DNA of 64,000 bases. Source: Archangium sp. (GTDB lineage Bacteria > Myxococcota > Myxococcia > Myxococcales > Myxococcaceae). Positions 21,051 to 29,330 of the stretch are shown in pieces. The stretch is taken from NCBI GenBank assembly GCA_047600485.1, contig JASGKS010000001.1:6656259-6720258 (forward strand), in the 5' to 3' direction. Numbering within the stretch: the first letter of the stretch is position 1; every line of letters starts with the position of its first letter. A program made the translations under genes and the position numbers. The notes under the pieces were generated by a model, which was not told the origin of the DNA, did no database searches, and saw nothing but the letters and a program-made list of their open reading frames with translations.

Positions 21051-21884
21051 ATGACCGTTCGCAAAATCTTGAGCGCGCGCAGCGCGAAGCCGAAGGTCGA
21101 AGAGATGCTGCAGGCGCTCGTCGAGGCCGCGGTGTTCATCGGCGGCAGCGATGGGCGGTTCGGCGAAGAAGAGCTGAACGTGTTCATCGACACCATGCGC
21201 GAGGTCGTCACCGCGGCGGTGGGAGATGAGTTCGTCGATTCGATGGCGGCCACTCCGAAGCTGCTCGACCTGGCGCGACGTGCGCGCGCTTCGTTGCGAA
21301 CGAGCGGTGAAGCGAAGTTCCTCGAGGCGGTCGCTCCGAAGTTTCTGAAGCACGGCCCGTTCGCGCGTGACGGCATGGTGCTCGCGTGGCGCGTGGTGCT
21401 CGCCGACGGCCGCGTGACGGAAAAAGAAGCGGCGGCGTTCGAAGCGCTCGCCAAAGCGCTCAACGTCGAAATCGACGAAGTGCGCGTGCTGAAGGAACTG
21501 GCGGCGAAGAGCGAAGCGGCGAGCAAGCTCGGTCACCGCGGCGAAAACATCGAGCGGCTGAACGCGCTGGTGAGCAAGGGCTGGGTCGCAGTGCCGGCGG
21601 GTGCGGACACGGGCTTCGACGCCGGCGTGCACCACCACCAACCGACCGGAGACGTGCTGCAGCTCGAGCTCGACGCGAGTGAGTCGGCGCTCCACGTGCT
21701 GGTCGGCGCCTCGATTCACCTGGTGTGTCTGTTCGGAGAAAACGTCGAGCCGTTGCTCGCGGTGCTCGATGGGCTGCGCAATTCGCTCACGCCCACGACG
21801 TTGATGGAAAAGCTGCCGGCGATTCGCGCGGTGTGCCCGGAAGTGTTCGTCGAGCGCGACGGAAAATTTCAGAAGGCGGAGTGA
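21051..21884 (+). CDS. TerB-like (tellurite-resistance TerB family) domain protein
   Basis: Two TerB-like helical repeats (AAVFIGGSDGRFGEEELNVFID.. and WRVVLADGRVTEKEAAAFEALAKAL). Confidence 0.45.
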   Translation: MTVRKILSARSAKPKVEEMLQALVEAAVFIGGSDGRFGEEELNVFIDTMREVVTAAVGDEFVDSMAATPKLLDLARRARASLRTSGEAKFLEAVAPKFLKHGPFARDGMVLAWRVVLADGRVTEKEAAAFEALAKALNVEIDEVRVLKELAAKSEAASKLGHRGENIERLNALVSKGWVAVPAGADTGFDAGVHHHQPTGDVLQLELDASESALHVLVGASIHLVCLFGENVEPLLAVLDGLRNSLTPTTLMEKLPAIRAVCPEVFVERDGKFQKAE

Positions 21885-21903
21885 TTTTCTCGCAGGACGT
21901 GGA

Positions 21904-22593
21904 GTGATTCCGATGATGCGGACGTTGGTGCTGTGTGCGGCAGTGACTTTGGTGGGCTGTGCTTCGACGACGACCAACAACGCTCCGGCGGTGGCGTCGC
22001 GTCTGCCGAAGATGAAGCAGTTCGTGCTCGCGGCGAAGGCTGAGAGCTGGGGCGCCGACCTGCACCAGATTCCCGCGGTGGTCATCGAGGCGGGCGACCT
22101 GCAGTCGGTGCCCTACATCTCGTTCGGCACGGCCGACATCGAGCTCAACGTGTACGGCGACCCGGCGGCGCCGGCGGGCATCGAAGTGGGCACCAAGAGC
22201 ACCTCGCCTGAGACGCGCGCTGCGATTCGCGCCTTCGTGGCGAAGCAGCTGAGCGAGACCGATGCGAAGCCGCTCGCTGATTTGCCCGACGGGAAGGAAG
22301 TCGAGGCCGACGGCATGGCGCTGGAAATCACTCCGCCGGAAGCGGCCGATGGTTTCGGCGCGTGGTGGGTGACGGCGTTCCAGCCGGTGCTGGTGAAGTC
22401 GGCGCAGGCGTCGGTGGGGGAGATGAACGAGCTCGCGCTCGAGCCGAACGACGAGTTCAACGCCGCGCTGGCCGTGCCCGATGTGAGCTCCGCGACGGCG
22501 TTCATCAAGTACCCGCGCTACCGCGGCGGCGGGAAGAAGATCTACGCGACGTCCTTCTACAAAGAGGGCGGCGTGTACAAACGCCGCAAGTGA
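21904..22593 (+). CDS. lipoprotein, hypothetical
   Basis: Lipobox VTLVGCAS. 229 aa. No known domain. Confidence 0.5.
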   Translation: MIPMMRTLVLCAAVTLVGCASTTTNNAPAVASRLPKMKQFVLAAKAESWGADLHQIPAVVIEAGDLQSVPYISFGTADIELNVYGDPAAPAGIEVGTKSTSPETRAAIRAFVAKQLSETDAKPLADLPDGKEVEADGMALEITPPEAADGFGAWWVTAFQPVLVKSAQASVGEMNELALEPNDEFNAALAVPDVSSATAFIKYPRYRGGGKKIYATSFYKEGGVYKRRK

Positions 22594-22649
22594 GCGCTGA
22601 CAAGTTGTCAAAGCGCAGAGCCGCGTGAATCGGTTTTGAATTCACTCCG

Positions 22650-23903
22650 TTGAGCGCGGGCATGAACTGCAAACACGGAGCAGTGGTGGTCTCGGTGGCG
22701 GTGGCTCTCTGCGCGTGCGGAGAACCGCCGCCATCTTCGTTTCATGAGGTGCACCTGAACCCGCTCATTCGCAAGCGGCTGAATGGCGCAGTGGTGCGCA
22801 CGCCGACGGGCCTCTCGCCGGCGTACGTGGGAGCTGCCGATGCCGGCCAGCCCACGCGCGCCGATGCGACGGGCTACTTCTTCACCGTGCCTCGAGGGCC
22901 GGCGCTCTTCCGCTACGCACCGCAGGAGTACGTCTATTCAGACGCCGAAGAACTCTCGCCGTGTGTCGACCTCGCGGGTGAAATCCCGTGGGTGTCCGAC
23001 CCTGATGGGGGCGTGCCGTTCGATTTGACGCTCGTCGCTCCGTCAAACGCGGGAGACCTCATTCATCTGTCCGGGCCGACGTATCCATTTCTCATCGCCG
23101 ACGCTGGAGCGCTCGACTACCGCAGGTCGTGGTCGACGCTCGTACGTCGCTTCGTGCCGGTGACGCTCTCGTATCTCGAGCGCGAAGACGCTGGCGCCGG
23201 CTTCAGTGTGCATCACACCACCGCCGTCGCAGATGCAGGCGTGATGGACGAGGCGAACCCGCGCGTGACGGCGACCTTCGTGCCGCTCGGTGCGAGCACG
23301 CCGGTGAGCGTCGATTGGAACGCCGATGAGCTCGCGGCGAATCAAGCCGGAGCCAACACGCGCGCGTTCGGCTCGCTGACCGTGAAAGTGCTTCGCGACG
23401 ATGTGTGGCTCGCGTGGATTCAGGGGCCCGCGACCGGTCGGCAGACCATCGGCGTTTCCCTGGCAGCGGCGCAACCTACGCACGTCGAGGTGTGGACGAA
23501 CTCCACGCGCTTCACGCTGGCGCAGGAAGAAGAGGGCTACCAGTTCTCGTTCGCCCTTCCCTGGAATGGCAGCGTCTCGATTCAGCCGCCGGGCCAGCCT
23601 CCGCGCGAGGTGGAGCTGTTTGACGGAGCGGACGGCAAGCGCGTGCGTTGGACTGCACCGGCGACGAAGCCGGGCGCGTATCGCGTGTCGTTCGTGCACA
23701 CGCTCGCCGCGAATTCGTCGACGGTCCTCGGAACCATCTTCACCGGGGAGACCGAGGTGCCGGTTCCTGCGCTCTTCGCGGCGGACGTCTCGTACGTCGA
23801 GGTCGAAGCGCTGACGGGCGGTGGCATCGACGCGAACGGCTGCGTGACTGCCTACCGCGACCAGGGAGCGCCGTGGTCGCAGTTCCTCGCGCGCTCTCCG
23901 TGA
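22650..23903 (+). CDS. lipoprotein, hypothetical
   Basis: Lipobox VALCACG. 417 aa. Confidence 0.5.
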   Translation: MSAGMNCKHGAVVVSVAVALCACGEPPPSSFHEVHLNPLIRKRLNGAVVRTPTGLSPAYVGAADAGQPTRADATGYFFTVPRGPALFRYAPQEYVYSDAEELSPCVDLAGEIPWVSDPDGGVPFDLTLVAPSNAGDLIHLSGPTYPFLIADAGALDYRRSWSTLVRRFVPVTLSYLEREDAGAGFSVHHTTAVADAGVMDEANPRVTATFVPLGASTPVSVDWNADELAANQAGANTRAFGSLTVKVLRDDVWLAWIQGPATGRQTIGVSLAAAQPTHVEVWTNSTRFTLAQEEEGYQFSFALPWNGSVSIQPPGQPPREVELFDGADGKRVRWTAPATKPGAYRVSFVHTLAANSSTVLGTIFTGETEVPVPALFAADVSYVEVEALTGGGIDANGCVTAYRDQGAPWSQFLARSP

Positions 23904-23913
23904 CTGCGTCGCG

Positions 23914-24540
23914 TCAGAAGCGGAAGCCCATCGAGAACGCGAGGCGCGGCGAGCCGAAGTAGCTCGCCAGCAGCGCGAGCTCGAAGCCTGCACCGCCGTC
24001 GCCGAACAACATCGCGGCGCCGAGCCGCACGGTGGGCACGGGCGTGAGCGCGAAGTGCCGTTCGCGTTCGATGCGTGCGCTCGCCACTTCGAGCGTGACG
24101 AGCACGTCGATCCACCCCTGCAGCGCGCCGTCACCGACGCCCGCTCCGACGAAGGGAGAAGCGGTGACGAAGACCAGCGAGGTCACGGAATCGTCGCTGG
24201 TCTCGCTGGTCGCGAGCGGCCCGTTGCGAATCACGCTCACCTCGCGCGGGAAGAGCACCACCTCGGTGCCCACCTGCCCGCCGAGACGAAACGCGCCGAG
24301 CCGCTTCATCAGGTCGACGGTGCCGCCCATCACGAACTCCGAGCCCTCGAGCTGCACCGAGTTCTTTCCGGCGTAGACCTTCGTGCCCTCGAGCCAGCGG
24401 CCGCCGGTGGTGAGGTTGAGGCTGACGCGAAACGGTTCGTCGGCCATCGCGTAACTCGCGCTCATCGTCAGCAAGAGAAGCAGCAATCGCACGTGCCGCT
24501 CGACGACGGGCGTGCGCTCACGATTCACTGCGGCGCTCAC
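23914..24540 (-). CDS. small outer-membrane beta-barrel-like protein, hypothetical
   Basis: N-terminal signal (LLLLLLTMSASYAMA). Alternating hydrophobic beta-strand pattern. C-terminal aromatic end ..SMGFRF typical of OMPs. Confidence 0.4.
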   Translation of the reverse strand: MSAAVNRERTPVVERHVRLLLLLLTMSASYAMADEPFRVSLNLTTGGRWLEGTKVYAGKNSVQLEGSEFVMGGTVDLMKRLGAFRLGGQVGTEVVLFPREVSVIRNGPLATSETSDDSVTSLVFVTASPFVGAGVGDGALQGWIDVLVTLEVASARIERERHFALTPVPTVRLGAAMLFGDGGAGFELALLASYFGSPRLAFSMGFRF

Positions 24541-24541
24541 G

Positions 24542-25870
24542 ATGCGTCGGTGGCTCTCCTTATTAATAGGTGTGTGCGCGCTGGGTTTGACCTGGTGGTG
24601 GTTCGCGGGTTCTCACGCGCGCAGCCAGCCCGAAGCGCCTGAGCGCTACCTGTTCCGGAAGTTGATTCCGAACTGGGTGGTCGCGCGCTCGCGTTCGCCG
24701 GGCGTCGAGTCGTTCGAGGCGTTGCAGAAGGCCGCCGCGCCGTGGCCGCAGGTGAAGGAAGCCATCGACGAACTCGAGCCCGCGTGGCCCGAGGAAGAGC
24801 GCATCAAGACGGCGTGCAGAGATTTGAACGCTGCAGCGCGCGATGCGGGGCTCGAGTTCTGGGTCGACCCGATGTTCGTGAGCCGGAACAAGCCGATTCT
24901 CACGACGTACGAGGTGCTCGAGCGCGTGAAGTGGAGCACGGTCGATGGAGGCGTCACCACCGAAGCGATTCACGTTCGGCGACTCGACCGGCTCAATCTC
25001 GAGCTGGGTTTGCTGGGACACGCGAGCGGCTCGCAGCCGGCGATTCTGCGCGACCGCATGGAAGTGAGCGTCATCGACCGTCTGCGCGTCGACCCCGACG
25101 AGTACCCGAACGCGGTGGACGAGCTGGCGACGAAGCTGTGGCGCGCGGAGCTGTCGAAGCTGGTCGACGCGAAGGGCCTCGACGAAGCAGAGCGGCGCGT
25201 GAACCTGCGCGAGAAGTTGCTGCGGGAAATGGAGAAGCGGCTCAAAGGCGGGCAGGTGCACGTCGAGCGGCCGCAGCGGTTGGTGTTCGGCGATGAGTAC
25301 TTCGAGACGCTGGAGCCGTTCACCTCGACTCGGCGGCGTGGTGGTCCGCTGTTCCTCGCGTCGGACTTGCGAGCGCTGCAGCGAGCTGACGAAGCGCTGG
25401 GAGATTCGGCCGACTTGCCGACGCTGGTGCAGGTCATCGACCTCGAGGCGCGGGTGGTGGAAGCGCACGAGGTGCGACACGCGATTGATCAACGTGAGTT
25501 GCCGGTGCCGGCGTTGCTGCAGCGATTGGTGGGTGAAGGCGACTTGCGGTTCGGCCGCATGAGCGAGCGGGAACTGCGCGCGTTCATCGGGCAGCTGCAC
25601 GACTCGAAGCCGCCGGCGTGCCTGACGGTGATTGCGCTGGCCCAGCTCGCGCGCGGGACGAGGGCGTCGGCGACTCCGCATTTCTTCGCGGCGCACACGC
25701 TGCTGGCGACGCTGGCTGATGCAGAAGCCGAGCGCGGGCTCACACAGGAACAGGTGGTCGAAATTCTCGGAACGCTGTGCGCGCTGTCCGACGCGGAGCT
25801 GCGCGGCAAAGCAGAGGAAGCGAACGTCACGCTCTACGGCGAAGCGTTGCCGCAGATCGCGCCGAAGTGA
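24542..25870 (+). CDS. hypothetical protein (N-terminal TM anchor)
   Basis: ORF 24512..25870. A start at MRRWLSLLIGVCALGLTWWW (24542) avoids a divergent start overlap with the neighbouring gene. No family assigned. Confidence 0.5.
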   Translation: MRRWLSLLIGVCALGLTWWWFAGSHARSQPEAPERYLFRKLIPNWVVARSRSPGVESFEALQKAAAPWPQVKEAIDELEPAWPEEERIKTACRDLNAAARDAGLEFWVDPMFVSRNKPILTTYEVLERVKWSTVDGGVTTEAIHVRRLDRLNLELGLLGHASGSQPAILRDRMEVSVIDRLRVDPDEYPNAVDELATKLWRAELSKLVDAKGLDEAERRVNLREKLLREMEKRLKGGQVHVERPQRLVFGDEYFETLEPFTSTRRRGGPLFLASDLRALQRADEALGDSADLPTLVQVIDLEARVVEAHEVRHAIDQRELPVPALLQRLVGEGDLRFGRMSERELRAFIGQLHDSKPPACLTVIALAQLARGTRASATPHFFAAHTLLATLADAEAERGLTQEQVVEILGTLCALSDAELRGKAEEANVTLYGEALPQIAPK

Positions 25871-25876
25871 GTCGCG

Positions 25877-26164
25877 GTGTCAGCGATGGGTACACCTTTT
25901 CGCGAGGCCTTCGCAGGTCGCGTCACTGTCAGCGATGGGTACAGATCTGCGTGGCCGAGGGGCAACTCCGATTCTCGGCACGGCGCGCGCGACCTGAACT
26001 CACTCGCCCCAGCCTCAAGAGCAAAGTCGGTTTCACGTGTGCGTGCCCTGCCGAAAGTCGCACGTGCCTCTGACTCTCGAGCGAATTCACCTCAATCTGT
26101 ACCCATCGCTGACAGTGACGCGACCCGCGAAGGCCTCGCGAAAAGGTGTACCCATCGCTGACAG
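25877..26164. mobile_element. MITE-like element: 70-bp near-perfect terminal inverted repeats flanking a 148-bp core
   Basis: Left arm gtgtcagcgatgggtacaccttttcgcgaggccttcgcaggtcgcgtcactgtcagcgatgggtacagat. The right arm is its reverse complement with one or two mismatches. Each arm carries two copies of the 17-mer tgtcagcgatgggtaca. No ORF for a transposase. Confidence 0.4.
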
Positions 26165-26189
26165 GCGCTCCGCGTGGCACAACGCCGTG

Positions 26190-26729
26190 ATGGAGCTCCA
26201 GACCGAACGCCTCATCCTTCGCGAACTGCGCGAAAGTGACTGGCCCGACGCTCTCGCGGTCGAAGGAGATCCCGCGGTCGTGCGCTGGCAGAGCTTCGAC
26301 GTCCTCACCGAGGAAAAGGCGAAATCGAACCTCGCAAGGAGCATCGCTGCCGCGAAGGTCGAACCCCGCGTCCTCTACGAGTTCGCGCTCACGCTCAAAG
26401 GCGACGACCGCTACCTCGGCCGCGTCGGCGTGCACGTGACTCGTCCCGAGCATCGCGAAGCGACCGTGTGGATCAGCCTGCATCGTTCACAGTGGAAACA
26501 CGGCTACGCACTCGAAGCGGGGCGCGCAGGCCTCGCGTTCGCGTTCGACGCGCTGAAGCTGCACCGCATCGGAGCCGACTGCGACCCGCGCAACGTCGCC
26601 TCAGCGCGCTTGATGGAACAGCTCGGCTTTCAGCGCGAAGGGCTGCAGCGTCAGAACTGGTGGCTCAAAGGCGAGTGGTGCGACTCGCTGCTGTTCGGCC
26701 TGCTCGCGTCGGAATGGCGCGCTCGCTAG
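26190..26729 (+). CDS. GNAT family N-acetyltransferase (RimJ/RimL-like)
   Basis: MELQTERLILRELRESDW..HGYALEAGRAGLAFAFDALKLHRIGADCDPRNVASARLMEQLGFQREG is GNAT motif A/B. The upstream GTG (26037) called by the ORF track lies inside an inverted-repeat element, so ATG 26190 is preferred. Confidence 0.75.
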   Translation: MELQTERLILRELRESDWPDALAVEGDPAVVRWQSFDVLTEEKAKSNLARSIAAAKVEPRVLYEFALTLKGDDRYLGRVGVHVTRPEHREATVWISLHRSQWKHGYALEAGRAGLAFAFDALKLHRIGADCDPRNVASARLMEQLGFQREGLQRQNWWLKGEWCDSLLFGLLASEWRAR

Positions 26730-26896
26730 CGCTTCGCCCGAAGCGAGTCGAACATGATTCCAGAGAGCTGCCCGAGCGGGATTGCGAGAATTCCGACCAC
26801 CGCGGTCCAGACCTGATGCGCCTGGGCGAACAGCAACACCGCGGCTGTGGCGAGCAGTGCCGTGACCACCAACTGGAGCAGTAGGTCGAATCGCAT
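26726..26896 (-). CDS. possible 56-aa small membrane protein (not in ORF track)
   Basis: ATG preceded by GGAGAGGG 5 nt upstream. Translation MRFDLLLQLVVTALLATAAVLLFAQAHQVWTAVVGILAIPLGQLSGIMFDSLRAKR predicts two hydrophobic helices. Mostly G/C-ending codons. Confidence 0.3.
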   Translation of the reverse strand: MRFDLLLQLVVTALLATAAVLLFAQAHQVWTAVVGILAIPLGQLSGIMFDSLRAKR

Positions 26897-26898
26897 CG

Positions 26899-26942
26899 GG
26901 CCCTCTCCCCGACCCTCTCCCCTATCGGGGGAGAGGGAGAGG
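26899..26942. repeat. 45-nt GC-rich hairpin repeat, copy 4 (perfect 10-bp stem)
   Basis: ccctctccccgaccctctcccctatcgggggagagggagagg. Lies between the acyl-CoA dehydrogenase stop and the small-ORF start on the minus strand. Confidence 0.7.
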
Positions 26943-26948
26943 CTTGCT

Positions 26949-28778
26949 TCAGAACGCTTCTTCGCTCAGCTCCATCGCCAGCAGTTCGCTGCGCGGCACG
27001 TGCTGCATGCGCGCGATGACGTCGGGGAACACCTCGTGCGCGAAGAACTTCGCCGACATGATCTTCCCCTCGTAGAACGCCACGTCATCGCCCTTCGCGG
27101 TCTTCTTCTTCTCGAGCGCCAGCGCCGCGTGCCGAATCAACAACCAGCCGATGACGACCTCGGCGAGCGAGAACAGCAGCCGGTTGCCCTGCAGACCCAC
27201 GTGGTAGACGGACTCTCCGAGCTTCTCCATCAGCGCGCCCAGGCCCGCCTGCACCGCGCCCATCGTCTCCGCGAGCGCCGCGCGTTCCTTCTTCAGCGCG
27301 TCTCCACCCTCGTTCGCGTCGAGCGTGTCCGATTGGATGATGCCCATCAGCCCTTGCAGCGTCGCGCCGCCGTCCTTCGCAATCTTCCGCATCAGCAGGT
27401 CGAGCGCCTGAATGTGCGTCGTGCCCTCGTAGAGCGTGTCGATCTTCTGGTCGCGGATGTACTGCTCCACCGGGTAATCCTGCAGGTAGCCCGAGCCGCC
27501 GTACGTCTGCAGCGACAGGTTGAGCAACTCGTACGCCTTCTCACTGCAGTAGCCCTTGATGAGCGGAAGAATGAGGTCGTTGAGCGCGGTGAGCTTCGCG
27601 GCCTCGGGCGCCTTGTGACCGCCCTTCAGCTCGACCTGGTCCTGCAGCGACGCGTTGAACAGAATCAGCGCGCGCATGCCTTCGGCGTGTGACTTCTGCA
27701 GCAGCAACATGCGCCGCACGTCGGGGTGGTGAATCACCGTCACGCGCGGAGCCTTCTTGTCTCCCGCCTGCAGCAGATCGGCGCCCTGCTTGCGCTCCTT
27801 CGCGTACGCGAGCGCATTCAAGTACCCGCTCGACAGCGTCGCCATCGACTTGAGGCCCACGGCCATGCGCGCGTGCTCGATGACGTGGAACATCTGCTTC
27901 ATGCCGTCGTGCACGTTGCCCACCAGCCAACCGACGCACGGCTTTCCATCACCGAGCGTCATCTCGCACGTGGCGCTCGCCTTGAGCCCCATCTTCTTCT
28001 CGAGGTTGGTGCAGAAGATTCCATTCCGTTCGCCGAGCGAGCCGTCGTCGTTCACCAGGAACTTGGGGACGATGAACATCGACAGCCCCTTGGTGCCCGG
28101 GCCCGCACCTTCCGGCCGCGCGAGCACGAGGTGAATGATGTTCTCGTTGGTGTCGCCCATGTCACCGTTGGTGATGAAGCGCTTCACGCCCTCGAGGTGC
28201 CACACGTCGTCCTTCACCTGCTTCGCCTTGCTGCGGCCCGCTCCGACGTCGCTGCCGGCGTCGGGCTCGGTCAGCACCATCGTGCCGCCCCAGTGCTTCT
28301 CGAGCATCGGGCCCACGAAGCGCTTCTTCTGCGTGTCGGTCGCGAGCGCGTCGATGATGCGCGCCAGCACGTTGCCCAGGAACGAGAACGCCGCCGCGGG
28401 ATTGCTGCCGATGACCAGCTCGAACGCGCCCCAGCCCAGCGTCGGCGGAGCACCCATGCCGCCCAGGTGCTGCGGCAGCTCGAGCGTGTTGAGCCCGTTC
28501 TCGAAGTACGCCTGATACGCCTTCTTCATCGCCGGCGGCAGCGTCACCGTGCCCGTCTTCGGGTCGAACTGCAGCGGCACGCGGTCACCTTCGAGAAAAC
28601 CCTCGGCCATGATGCCCGTGCAAATCGGAAGCATGGTGTCGAGCGTCTGGCGCGCGGTCGCCTCGTCCAAATCACCGAACGGCTTCTTGCCGAACGACGT
28701 CTCCTGAATGCGGAGGAACTCGAAGAGGTTGAAGGTGATGTCGCGAACGTTGGGCTTGTAGTGCGGCGCAGTAGACAT
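26949..28778 (-). CDS. acyl-CoA dehydrogenase (long-form with C-terminal AcdA-type domain)
   Basis: 609 aa. Acyl-CoA dehydrogenase N-terminal, middle and C-terminal domain character (..GGTMVLTEPDAGSDVGAG.., ..RFITNGD..) plus a roughly 150-aa C-terminal extension typical of the FadE-like 600-aa subclass. Confidence 0.9.
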   Translation of the reverse strand: MSTAPHYKPNVRDITFNLFEFLRIQETSFGKKPFGDLDEATARQTLDTMLPICTGIMAEGFLEGDRVPLQFDPKTGTVTLPPAMKKAYQAYFENGLNTLELPQHLGGMGAPPTLGWGAFELVIGSNPAAAFSFLGNVLARIIDALATDTQKKRFVGPMLEKHWGGTMVLTEPDAGSDVGAGRSKAKQVKDDVWHLEGVKRFITNGDMGDTNENIIHLVLARPEGAGPGTKGLSMFIVPKFLVNDDGSLGERNGIFCTNLEKKMGLKASATCEMTLGDGKPCVGWLVGNVHDGMKQMFHVIEHARMAVGLKSMATLSSGYLNALAYAKERKQGADLLQAGDKKAPRVTVIHHPDVRRMLLLQKSHAEGMRALILFNASLQDQVELKGGHKAPEAAKLTALNDLILPLIKGYCSEKAYELLNLSLQTYGGSGYLQDYPVEQYIRDQKIDTLYEGTTHIQALDLLMRKIAKDGGATLQGLMGIIQSDTLDANEGGDALKKERAALAETMGAVQAGLGALMEKLGESVYHVGLQGNRLLFSLAEVVIGWLLIRHAALALEKKKTAKGDDVAFYEGKIMSAKFFAHEVFPDVIARMQHVPRSELLAMELSEEAF

Positions 28779-28871
28779 GCGCGGGCTTCTAGCGCCGGTG
28801 CCGCCCCTGCCGCACGGCGAACTTCGAGAGTGAATCCGTCAGGCATCACCGGTGCCGTTCGACGGCTCCGC

Positions 28872-29330
28872 GTGCCCGGGCCGAACGCGCGTTTTCAGCT
28901 GGTGACCGACGCCCTCCTCTTCATCGGAGCGCACCGCAACGTCCCCATCGTCGTCACCGATGTCCACCTCGTGCCGGCTGCTCCGCCGGAGCTGCACATC
29001 GCGCTCGAGCTGCACTACCGCGTCGCGACCCCGGTCTGCTGCGGAGAGCCCGGCTGCTACGTCGGCTTCCTCGGCCGGTACCGCGAGCGCGTGCCCGAGG
29101 CGTTGCAACGTGCGCTCGCGCTCGACGCTCCGCCGCGCGTGACGATTCGCGCGATGCCTCGCCACGAGCCCGGCTACCGGCACACGCAGTTCTCGTTCGC
29201 CTGCTCTGACGAGTGGACCGCGACGTACGGACCTGAGCACTTCGCTACCGCTGCAGCTGGCCCAGCCGCACCGCGAACTTCGGCGGAGCGAAACCCCAGT
29301 GCGGCGGAATCGGCTGCTTCACCACGGTGA
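28872..29330 (+). CDS. possible hypothetical protein (GTG start) overlapping the 3' end of the kinase gene
   Basis: Tail of long ORF 27726..29330, which is otherwise antisense to the acyl-CoA dehydrogenase. From about 28870 onward the composition is normal and GC3 is high (..VTDALLFIGAHRNVPIVVTDVHLVPAAPPELHIALELHYRVATPVCCGEPGCYVGF..). Confidence 0.25.
   Translation: MPGPNARFQLVTDALLFIGAHRNVPIVVTDVHLVPAAPPELHIALELHYRVATPVCCGEPGCYVGFLGRYRERVPEALQRALALDAPPRVTIRAMPRHEPGYRHTQFSFACSDEWTATYGPEHFATAAAGPAAPRTSAERNPSAAESAASPR

Noticed and set aside
19914-22085. 723-aa ORF on the minus strand
   Set aside because: Only the C-terminal 176 aa (MogA) are real. The upstream part is Arg-rich and antisense to the dcd and TerB-like genes on the plus strand. 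This is a GC3-driven artefact.
26037-26189. GTG start at 26037 for the GNAT acetyltransferase
   Set aside because: The extra 51 codons lie inside the inverted-repeat element and encode Cys/Arg-rich filler. The conserved GNAT N-terminus begins at MELQTERLIL (ATG 26190).
28839-29240. Minus-strand 133-aa ORF between the acyl-CoA dehydrogenase and kinase genes
   Set aside because: The Arg-rich (19 of 133) composition is typical of the antisense frame. The plus-strand frame has the coding-like GC3 and composition.
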